Below, one piece after another: positions 1-7,492 of a stretch of 64,000 nucleotides of DNA. The notes under the pieces were generated by a model. The model was not told where the DNA came from. It made no database searches and saw nothing but the letters and a program-made list of their open reading frames with translations. The stretch spans positions 320,001-384,000 of the forward strand of contig JBGARZ010000004.1 of NCBI GenBank assembly GCA_044229975.1. Reading direction: 5' to 3'. A program made the translations under genes and the position numbers. Numbering within the stretch: the stretch's first letter is position 1; every line of letters begins with the position of its first letter. The stretch comes from Polyangiales bacterium. Lineage in GTDB: Bacteria; Myxococcota_A; Polyangia; Polyangiales; Ga0077539.

Positions 1-1403
1 GCGCCCACGCCCAGCGCCACCACCGCCGCGTGCGCCGCGCGGAACGGCTCCCCGCGGGCCTTCAACGCCGCCTCGGCCGCCGCCGCCTGGCCGAGCGCGG
101 CCTGCGTGCGCTGGCGGGCTTGTGAGAGGTCCTGCCCGAGGGCGTCCATGGCGCGGCCGAAGCGACCCTGCGCGTCCTTGGCGGTGCGGGCCAGCGAGTC
201 GAGGCACATCTGCTCGTGCAGCCAGCGCGAGTGCACGTCGGACATGAGCACCACCGTCGCCCGGATGCGCCCGAAGGCCGCGGTGAGCTCCGGCGTCGTC
301 CCCTGCGGAAAGGCCCGCGCCAGCATCGACGAGAGGATCTCCGTGCGCCGACCCCAGCGCGTCGCCGAGTCCGTCGCGAACATCCCGTGCATCGACGTGT
401 TGGTCGCCGGCGGAATGGAGCGCGTCGGCATCGCCGGGGCGACGAGCCCACCGGAGGGACGGCGCGGCTGCGGGTAGCGGGCGGTGACGTCGGTGAGCGC
501 GCGCTCGATGGCGTGGGCGTCGACGGGTCGCCGCGCGGCGTCCTTCTCCAGGCACTGGAGGATGAGGGCGTCGAGCTCCATCGGGATGTTGGGGTTGAGC
601 CCGCGCGGTGAGGGCGGCGGCTCGCGCAGGTGCTGGATGAGGTAGCTGGTGACGTCCTTCGCGCTGAAGGGGAGCTGCCCCGTCACGCACCGGAACATGA
701 TGCACCCGAGCGCATACAGGTCGGCCGGGATGCCCGCCTCGGTGGTGGTGATGCGCTCCGGGGCCATGTACTGCGGCGTGCCGAAGATCTCGCCGGTGCC
801 GGTGAGCCGCGTGTCGAGCAGGCAGCGCGCGATGCCGAAGTCGAGGATCTTGAGGAGCTCGGAGCCGTCGGGCTGCGGGCACACGTAGAGGTTCTCGGGC
901 TTGAGGTCGCGGTGCAGCACCTGGAAGTCGTGGGCGCGCGCGAGCCCGGCCGAGAGCTGTAGCATCAGGTCGACGGCGCGCTCGATGGGCAGCGGGCCCT
1001 GCGCGCGCTTGAGCACCACCTCCAGCGTGGCGCCCTGGAGAAACTCCATCACCAGGTACGGGATGCCGTCGTCGAGCTCGCCCTCTTCGAGGATCTCGAT
1101 GACGTTGCGGTGCGCGAGTCGCCGGGTGTTGGTGGCCTCGCGGCGGAAGCGCTCGCGCAGCTTGGCGTCGCCCACCAGCTCCTTGCGAAACACCTTCACG
1201 GCGACGGGCCGGTCGCCCGCGTTGCCCATGGCGCGGTAGACGGTCGACATGCCGCCCGCGCCGATGGTCTCCTCGATGCGGTAGCGCCCGGCGATGACCG
1301 ACCCGAGGTGCGGGTCGGGCGCGGTGATGAGCGCCGTGCGGTCGACGAAGCAGTGCGTCGCCTCGGTCGGGTAGCGCAGCTTGCAGGTGGGGCACAGCTT
1401 CAT
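1..1403 (-). CDS. Ser/Thr protein kinase (Hanks type); 3' end runs off the window
   Basis: Manual translation from ATG at 1403: MKLCPTC zinc-ribbon-like start, GRYRIEETIGAGGMSTVY, VLHRDLKPEN, DFG and YMAPE motifs. Absent from the ORF track because there is no stop in the window. Confidence 0.93.
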   Translation of the reverse strand, partial: MKLCPTCKLRYPTEATHCFVDRTALITAPDPHLGSVIAGRYRIEETIGAGGMSTVYRAMGNAGDRPVAVKVFRKELVGDAKLRERFRREATNTRRLAHRNVIEILEEGELDDGIPYLVMEFLQGATLEVVLKRAQGPLPIERAVDLMLQLSAGLARAHDFQVLHRDLKPENLYVCPQPDGSELLKILDFGIARCLLDTRLTGTGEIFGTPQYMAPERITTTEAGIPADLYALGCIMFRCVTGQLPFSAKDVTSYLIQHLREPPPSPRGLNPNIPMELDALILQCLEKDAARRPVDAHAIERALTDVTARYPQPRRPSGGLVAPAMPTRSIPPATNTSMHGMFATDSATRWGRRTEILSSMLARAFPQGTTPELTAAFGRIRATVVLMSDVHSRWLHEQMCLDSLARTAKDAQGRFGRAMDALGQDLSQARQRTQAALGQAAAAEAALKARGEPFRAAHAAVVALGVG

Positions 1404-1480
1404 CCGGTCACTCCGAGGGCGCGCAGTGTAACATCGCGGCCCCCCATCGCCGCCACGCGCGAATTGCACCACCCGACGCC

Positions 1481-2455
1481 ATGAACCCCGACCGCCTCGT
1501 CATCGATGCCGCATCCGCCAACCAGACCCTGAGCGCCGTCGCGCGGCGTTGGAAGGACGTTCCGTGGTCGACGGCGAAGGAGTGGTGCGCGCGCGGCAAG
1601 CTGACGGTCAACGGCGTGGTCGAGCGCGACCCGGGCGCCCGCCTCGGGGTCGGGGTCGTGGTCGAACTGCAACTCCACGCGCGCAACACGGGCCCCGAGG
1701 GAGGTGCGCCCGACGCGCTGTATCTCGACCGCGCGCGGCTGATCCACTGCGACCCGCAGATCGTCATCGTCGACAAGCCGCCGGGGGTGAACAGCGTTCC
1801 GTTCGAGGTGGGCGAGCGCGGGGCGCTGGTCGATCGGGTGTCGGCGATGCTCCCGAAGTGGAAGCTCGCGCCCGCGCACGCGCCGCTCTTCGTGGTGCAC
1901 CGGCTCGACCGCGAGACCTCGGGGCTGCTGGTGTTCGGTCGTACCTGGGTGGCCAAGCGCCACCTCGCGGGGCTCTTCCGCAAGCACGACGTCGAGCGGG
2001 TGTACGTCGCGCTGGTGAAGGGCATCATGCCGACGGCGCGTCGCGTGGAGACGGTGCTCCTCGAAGACCGCGGCGACGGGCTGCGGGGCTCGGCGCGCGG
2101 GAAGACGGCGCCGCACATCGGGCAGCGCGCGGTGACGCACGTCCGGCCGCTGCTGGAGTTTCGCAAGGAGGAGGGCGTCACGCTGGTCGAGTGCCGCCTG
2201 GAGACGGGGCGGCAGCACCAGATCCGCATCCACCTGTCGGAGCTGGGGCACCCGGTGCTGGGCGACCGGGTCTACGCGCGGGGCAGGGACGACATGCCGC
2301 CGGCGCCGCGGGTGATGCTGCACGCGCGCACGCTGGGCTTCGTCCACCCGACGCGGGACAACGGGGAGGTGGTTCGGTACGAGGCCACGGTGCCCGACGA
2401 CATGATGACCGTCGCGCGGCGCCTGGGCTTCGTGGGGACGTGGCTGCCGACGTAG
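1481..2455 (+). CDS. RluA/RluD family pseudouridine synthase
   Basis: VDKPPG, VHRLDRETSG (catalytic Asp), GRQHQIRIH and HPVLGD motifs; S4-like N-terminus. Confidence 0.93.
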   Translation: MNPDRLVIDAASANQTLSAVARRWKDVPWSTAKEWCARGKLTVNGVVERDPGARLGVGVVVELQLHARNTGPEGGAPDALYLDRARLIHCDPQIVIVDKPPGVNSVPFEVGERGALVDRVSAMLPKWKLAPAHAPLFVVHRLDRETSGLLVFGRTWVAKRHLAGLFRKHDVERVYVALVKGIMPTARRVETVLLEDRGDGLRGSARGKTAPHIGQRAVTHVRPLLEFRKEEGVTLVECRLETGRQHQIRIHLSELGHPVLGDRVYARGRDDMPPAPRVMLHARTLGFVHPTRDNGEVVRYEATVPDDMMTVARRLGFVGTWLPT

Positions 2456-2509
2456 AATCGGCCTCCCGTGTCCCCTGTCGCGTCACCACGCAGGCGGTCG
2501 GACCTGGTC

Positions 2510-3727
2510 TCAGGGAGCGTGCGGGGCGTCGGTGCGCGCGGCGATCTCGACGGTTCCGCCGCCGCGGTCCATGGACACGGTGAAGCGCGCGAGGAAGCTC
2601 AGCCCGAGCAGTCCATCGAGGTCACCGAGGTCTTCGACGATGGCGACCTGCACGTGCTGCGCGCTCACCCCCTGCACCTCGATGCGATCGACCCAGCCGT
2701 ACTTCGCCGGGTGTCGTCCGCCCGCCGTCTGCACGGTGATGGTCTCCCAGTTGGTGGTGACGATGCCGAGCCGCGCGGCCGTCGCGGCGCTCAGGGCCAC
2801 GAGGCTCGCGCCCGTGTCGACGGCGAACTGCCCCGCGGGCCGTCCGTTGACGCTGACCGGTGCGCGCAGAACGCCCGCCCCGCGCATCGGTCGCAGCACG
2901 GCACGCCCGGAGCCCGCCATCGCGCGGCAGGCGTCGTTCTCGTAGAGGCGTCGGATGCGCGCCTCGATCTCCATGCGGTTGCGGACGTCGGGGTTGTAGT
3001 AGACGAACTGTTCGAGCGGGAAGATCGCGTCGCAGGGTCGGTGCGCCTGCTCGTACGCGGTGGCGAGGTTGAAGGGGACATTGTTGATGCGAGGCGAGAT
3101 GGCGAGGGCCTGCTCGAAGTCGACGATGGCGTGGGCCAGGTCGCCGCGGTTGCTGTACGAGACGCCGCGCCAGAAGCGGTAGGTCGCGCTGTTGGGTTCG
3201 GCGTCGACGAGGCGGGTCCACTCGATGGTGGCGGCGTCCCACTGGCTGAGGGTGTCGAGGGCCTCGGCCTTGATCCAGCGGAGGCGCGTGAGGTCGCCGC
3301 AGCGGGCGAAGAAGGCGTCGGCGCGGGTGACGACGGCGCGGTTCTCTCCGGCGCGGCGGAGGTGGCTCGCGAGCTCGACGATCTTCGCGCGGTCGCAGGG
3401 CTCACGCTGGAGGGCCTCGTCGAGCCGCTGGGCCTCCGGCGAGAGCGTGAGCACGGGGTTGGCGATGGCGTCCGCGGTGCGCTTGCGGAAGGCGTTGATG
3501 CCGTAGAGGGCGCCTCCGATGACGGCCGCGAGCGCGACGAGGGCGAGCACGGTCGACTGCATGCGCTGGCGGTCACGGAGCGTGCGCGCGCAGGCGGGGC
3601 AGTGGGGCGACGCGCCGACGTAGACGGTGCACACGTCGCAGGTCTCGCGCAGGCAGCGGGAGCAGGTGCCGGTCGCGGGCGTGGACGGGTGGGCCCGGCA
3701 GTGTGGGAGCTCGACGGCGTCGGTCAT
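2510..3727 (-). CDS. Membrane-anchored clan AA (retropepsin-like) aspartyl protease with B-box-like Zn finger and TPR repeats
   Basis: N-terminal CxxH/CxxC clusters, one TM helix, TPR-like helices, VDTGAS and GLLGLSFL motifs. Confidence 0.82.
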   Translation of the reverse strand: MTDAVELPHCRAHPSTPATGTCSRCLRETCDVCTVYVGASPHCPACARTLRDRQRMQSTVLALVALAAVIGGALYGINAFRKRTADAIANPVLTLSPEAQRLDEALQREPCDRAKIVELASHLRRAGENRAVVTRADAFFARCGDLTRLRWIKAEALDTLSQWDAATIEWTRLVDAEPNSATYRFWRGVSYSNRGDLAHAIVDFEQALAISPRINNVPFNLATAYEQAHRPCDAIFPLEQFVYYNPDVRNRMEIEARIRRLYENDACRAMAGSGRAVLRPMRGAGVLRAPVSVNGRPAGQFAVDTGASLVALSAATAARLGIVTTNWETITVQTAGGRHPAKYGWVDRIEVQGVSAQHVQVAIVEDLGDLDGLLGLSFLARFTVSMDRGGGTVEIAARTDAPHAP

Positions 3728-3749
3728 TGGTTCGGCGAGTAGATCATGA

Positions 3750-3773
3750 TTCCGCGGCCTTCAGGCCGCGGAA
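3750..3773 (-). terminator. GC hairpin downstream of the tRNA cluster (terminator or processing stem)
   Basis: TTCCGCGGCC-TTCA-GGCCGCGGAA perfect 10-bp stem; U-tract weak. Confidence 0.45.
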
Positions 3774-3800
3774 CCGATATCCCCCTATCTGTTCAATGAG

Positions 3801-3874
3801 TGGACCCGACGAGACTTGAACTCGCAACCGTCGGAATAGAAGTCCGCCGCGCTGACCATTGCGCCGCCGGGTCC
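3801..3874 (-). tRNA. tRNA-Arg(UCU), atypical
   Basis: GGACCCG GCG GCGC AATGGTCA GCGC G GCGGA CT-TCT-AT TCCGA CGGTT GCGAG TTCAAGT CTCGT CGGGTCC A. Extra nt before the D arm, no U8, no encoded CCA. Confidence 0.75.
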
Positions 3875-3888
3875 ATTGGACAAGCGGG

Positions 3889-3960
3889 TGCATCCGGGGG
3901 GAGTTGAACCCCCAACCTATCGGGTAAGAACCGAGTACGCTGCCATTGCGTCACGGATGC
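3889..3960 (-). tRNA. tRNA-Lys(CUU)
   Basis: GCATCCG TG ACGC AATGGCA GCGT A CTCGG TT-CTT-AC CCGAT AGGTT GGGGG TTCAACT CCCCC CGGATGC A; no encoded CCA. Confidence 0.88.
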
Positions 3961-4005
3961 ATCGATACGCTGACTTGTTGCTACGCCCTGCTCAGGCGTA
4001 GCGGG

Positions 4006-4101
4006 TCACTTGCGTTTCGACCCGACGGAGCGCGCGCACGCCGCGCCATTGTCGACGATGCGACAATTCAAGGCGCGGGAGGTGCGGGCGATGACAGACA
4101 T
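4006..4101 (-). CDS. 31-aa small ORF between tRNA genes (MSVIARTSRALNCRIVDNGAACARSVGSKRK)
   Basis: Strong GAGGAG Shine-Dalgarno 6 nt upstream of ATG; TGA lies in the 5' arm of a long hairpin preceding tRNA-Lys. Confidence 0.5.
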   Translation of the reverse strand: MSVIARTSRALNCRIVDNGAACARSVGSKRK

Positions 4102-4132
4102 GACGAACTCCTCAAGACGTGCGGACACAGAG

Positions 4133-4205
4133 TACACCGGGAGGGAATTGAACCCCCGACCATCGACTTAACAAGCCGCCGCTCTAACCACTGAGCTACC
4201 GATGC
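4133..4205 (-). tRNA. tRNA with Asn anticodon (GUU) and Lys-like body
   Basis: GCATCGG TA GCTC AGTGGTTA GAGC G GCGGC TT-GTT-AA GTCGA TGGTC GGGGG TTCAATT CCCTC CCGGTGT A; G1-U72, A73; no CCA. Confidence 0.85.
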
Positions 4206-4207
4206 GT

Positions 4208-4277
4208 CGAACGAAAGCCGAGACGTAGTTCCCAAGCGCTAACGCTTGGGGTTCCGATTCTTCGGCTTGCTGTTCGT
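4208..4277 (-). promoter_or_regulatory. Attenuator/terminator-like hairpin immediately 5' of the tRNA cluster
   Basis: Minus strand: outer stem AAGCCGA..TCGGCTT, inner perfect stem CCCAAGCG-TTAG-CGCTTGGG, ending in U-rich TTTCGTT. Confidence 0.55.
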
Positions 4278-4289
4278 CTGGGGGCGCAT
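4239..4289 (-). CDS. Putative leader peptide MRPQTNSKPKNRNPKR
   Basis: ATG CGC CCC CAG ACG AAC AGC AAG CCG AAG AAT CGG AAC CCC AAG CGT TAG; 6 of 16 codons are AAC/AAT/AAG; no SD seen. Confidence 0.5.
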   Translation of the reverse strand: MRPQTNSKPKNRNPKR

Positions 4290-4308
4290 GGAGGTAGGTC
4301 CGGTGCCG

Positions 4309-4336
4309 ACCCTACACCATTGATCAGACATCACAA
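4309..4336 (-). promoter_or_regulatory. Candidate sigma70 promoter of the tRNA operon
   Basis: TTGTGA-N16-TAGGGT with AT-rich upstream DNA; ATCACA-N17-TGTGAT inverted repeat (4330-4358) overlaps the -35. Confidence 0.4.
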
Positions 4337-4438
4337 GATAAAAAATCATCGATGTGATTGTTTTGTGGCTTGAGGGCGTTGCGGGTGTCGGCTGGGAGGG
4401 GATGACGTCTCCATGGGTGTTCTGGCACCTTCACGGCC

Positions 4439-5503
4439 ATGTCAGAGCTCGAACCCTTCCTCGCCGTGCTGCGCCGCGCGGCGGTCGATCAGACCATCGA
4501 CGGAGCGACCGTCCACGCCGCCACGCAGGCGTTGATGGAGGCGTCCGAGCGGTGCTCACCCGCCGAGCGCGACGCGTTGCTCGACGCGCTGCGCGAGGTG
4601 CTCGACCAGCACGGTCCCGCGACGGGCTCCGTCGCCATGCTCACGGGCGCGCTGCTGGAGGAGGGCGGCGACGTGTCGCGGGTGGAGGGCTGGTTCGTCG
4701 AGACGCTGCCGGGCCTGCTGCGCGCGTGCACCGAGGCGAAGGCCCGCCTGGTCGAACTCGGCGACGGGGCCATCGAGCCCGAGCGCCTCGACGAGCTGCT
4801 CGAAGCGCTCGCCGAGAGTGACCCGCGGCTCTTCGGATCGTGGCAGACCTTCACGCACTTCTGGCCGCCGTTCATCGTGGTGCTCGGGTGCAGCTCATTG
4901 GCGCGGGCGGCCCTGCGCGACCAGCGCGACGCGGCCCTCGCGTTGCGGGACGAGCTCGAAGGCGCTGACTGGATCGGGCGGATGCTGTGCGTGATCGACG
5001 ACGAGCCCTTCGTGGCCATCGACCCCGTCGCGCGGCGCGGCTACGTTGGCACCTTCGGCGGTGTCGCGGACAACTTCCAGCTCCACACGCTGCTGGCCGA
5101 CGCGCTCATCGGCGACGTGAAGGACGGCTGGCTGGAGGGCACCCGCCCCGCGCCCGAGGTGGTCCGCTGCGTCCGCGGCGAGGGCCCACAAAACGTCGAG
5201 CCCGTCGTCCACGGCGCGTGGAACCTCTACACCTGGCAGGCCTTCGCGCACGACCCGACCTTGAGTGACGCCTCGTCGATTCCGCATGATCTGTGGGTCT
5301 GGGGCGAAGGCATCCCGACGGACATCCCGACGCTCGACGGCCACCGGGTCATCGGCCTCGGCCCATCGGCCTACCACCGCACATGGCGGGGCAATCGGAT
5401 GTTCCACACGCTGCGCAGCAACCTCACCGTGACGGGTCAGCTCGACGAGGCGGAGCTGGAGCGATGGTTCGCCCGCATCGCGAGCGAGGGCCCGCAAGCC
5501 TGA
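4439..5503 (+). CDS. Hypothetical protein
   Basis: 354-aa ORF with host-like codon usage; no family recognised. Confidence 0.75.
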   Translation: MSELEPFLAVLRRAAVDQTIDGATVHAATQALMEASERCSPAERDALLDALREVLDQHGPATGSVAMLTGALLEEGGDVSRVEGWFVETLPGLLRACTEAKARLVELGDGAIEPERLDELLEALAESDPRLFGSWQTFTHFWPPFIVVLGCSSLARAALRDQRDAALALRDELEGADWIGRMLCVIDDEPFVAIDPVARRGYVGTFGGVADNFQLHTLLADALIGDVKDGWLEGTRPAPEVVRCVRGEGPQNVEPVVHGAWNLYTWQAFAHDPTLSDASSIPHDLWVWGEGIPTDIPTLDGHRVIGLGPSAYHRTWRGNRMFHTLRSNLTVTGQLDEAELERWFARIASEGPQA

Positions 5504-5554
5504 CGACGCGGTCCCCATTGCCCTCGATGGCCCTCCCGGTGGAGCATCCCGGCG

Positions 5555-7396
5555 ATGCACTCGAAACCACGGCGGGGCGCGACGGATCTCGGGGACGGCG
5601 GCGCGGAGTTCGTCCTCTGGGCGCCGTCCTACAACGACATCACCATCGAGCGCGTCGACGTGCGCGCCGAGGGTCTCACCGAGCGCACGCTGCTCACCTC
5701 ACCGAGCGACGATGGCCACTGGGTTGCGCGCGGTCGCACCGCCGCGCCGAAGGTCTTCTACGACTACGAGGTGCACGCCCGCGTGAACTCCACCGGCGAG
5801 CGCTACACCCGCGTCGTCAGCGACCCGTACGCCCGCGAGGTGCACCGCGACTTCCGCTCCGTGCACGCCGCCGCCGATGCGCCGCCTCCGCCGCGACCCT
5901 TCGCGCGCCCAGCCCTTCGCGACCTGCTCATCTACGAGCTCCACGTCTACAACTTCACCGCCGAAGACCCCGTCGTCCGCGGCGCCGCGCGCGGAACCTA
6001 CGCGGGCGTCATCGCGCGTCTGCCGCACCTGCTCGACCTCGGCGTCAACGCCATCGAGCTCATGCCCGTCTTCGACTACTCCGACCCGTGGCAGGTCGGC
6101 GTTCGCTGGAACTACATCACGGCCTGCCACCTCCTCGCGCCGCATCGCGGGTACGCCGCGCACGAGGACGAGGCGCGCCGGGAGTTCATCGAGCTCGTCG
6201 ACGCCTGCCACGCCGCGGGCATCGCCGTGCTCATCGACGCCGTCTTCAACCAGGTGTCGCGGCGCTTCTCCTACGCGCGCATCTACGACCCCGCGCACAA
6301 CCCGCGCGAGGCGCCCGACTGCCGCAACAACCCCCTCCTCGGCAACTTCGGCGGAACCGACCCCAACCCCGGCTCAGAGCCCTACCGCGACAAGGACTGG
6401 GGCGGCGTCGACCTCGACTACGCGCGCCCCGCGGCGATGGAGTTTGTTCGTGATGTGATGGGCGTGTGGTTCGACGAGCTCGGCGTCGACGGCATGCGCT
6501 TCGACCACACCCTCGGCTTCTACCACTGGAAGGACCAGTCGGTCGGCGCGGGCGCTGCTGCGGTCGCAGCGAAGGAGATCGGCGGCGACGACTGCTACCG
6601 CATCGCCGAGCACTTCTCCAACGACCACAACGAGCTCGAACTCTTGAAGGACTCGGCCTTCAATTCCATGTGGGCCAAGGGGTTCTTCTACGCCGCGGAC
6701 GACGCCCTCCACGGCCGCGGCCTCGCGCACCTCGAACACCGCATGAACGTCCGCGCCCAGGGCTTCCCCGACGAGAAGCCCCCGGTGGTGTTTCTCGACA
6801 ACCACGACGACGAGCGCCTCATCAACCGCGGCGCCCAACCGTGGTGGCGCATCCAACCGCCGACCATCGCGCTGCTCACGCACCCGGGCGTTCCGATGCT
6901 CTACATGGGCTGCGAGTACGCCGAGGACGACCGCACGCGCTTCGCGTCGGGCCTGCCCCGCGAGCTCAACCCGCTCGACTGGGACCAGACCGAGGCCACC
7001 GCTCCGCTGCTGCGTCTGCACCGCGCGATGGGCTTCCTGCGCAAGCGCGTGGCGGCGCTGCGCAGCGCGGGCATGACCCCCATCTGGCGCCACGAGAACG
7101 AGCGCGTGCTGATCTACGGTCGCGGCGAGGGAGAGCCCTCGGTCATCGTGGCGCTCAACTTCCACGAAGAGCCGCAGAGCGTGCGCGTGCCGGCGCCGGG
7201 CGGTGACCACGAGTGGCATGAGTTCTTGTTCAACCTCCGCTTCGTGTCGCACGGCGGCGCGATGCATTTCCGTGGTCGCGACGGCGCCGTCTACGACCGC
7301 GTGCTGGTGCCCGGCTCGTACGCGCACATCTACTGCCGCGAGCGCGTCTGGAGCGACGCAGAGTGGACAGCTCTCTTCGCAGTCGACCGGACCTGA
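5555..7396 (+). CDS. GH13 alpha-amylase-family glycosyl hydrolase (TreZ/GlgB/pullulanase-like)
   Basis: CBM48-like N-terminus (FVLWAP, SDPYAR), IYELHV, LGVNAIELMPV; catalytic DGMRFD, IAEH and FLDNHDD. Confidence 0.88.
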   Translation: MHSKPRRGATDLGDGGAEFVLWAPSYNDITIERVDVRAEGLTERTLLTSPSDDGHWVARGRTAAPKVFYDYEVHARVNSTGERYTRVVSDPYAREVHRDFRSVHAAADAPPPPRPFARPALRDLLIYELHVYNFTAEDPVVRGAARGTYAGVIARLPHLLDLGVNAIELMPVFDYSDPWQVGVRWNYITACHLLAPHRGYAAHEDEARREFIELVDACHAAGIAVLIDAVFNQVSRRFSYARIYDPAHNPREAPDCRNNPLLGNFGGTDPNPGSEPYRDKDWGGVDLDYARPAAMEFVRDVMGVWFDELGVDGMRFDHTLGFYHWKDQSVGAGAAAVAAKEIGGDDCYRIAEHFSNDHNELELLKDSAFNSMWAKGFFYAADDALHGRGLAHLEHRMNVRAQGFPDEKPPVVFLDNHDDERLINRGAQPWWRIQPPTIALLTHPGVPMLYMGCEYAEDDRTRFASGLPRELNPLDWDQTEATAPLLRLHRAMGFLRKRVAALRSAGMTPIWRHENERVLIYGRGEGEPSVIVALNFHEEPQSVRVPAPGGDHEWHEFLFNLRFVSHGGAMHFRGRDGAVYDRVLVPGSYAHIYCRERVWSDAEWTALFAVDRT

Positions 7397-7492
7397 CACC
7401 CCCTCGCAAACGTCGTTGACGGGCCTCGCGGAAAGCGCTCCTATCCGCGTCTCCCGCGGCGCCCGTACCGCGTCGCGCGACAACGAGGGACG

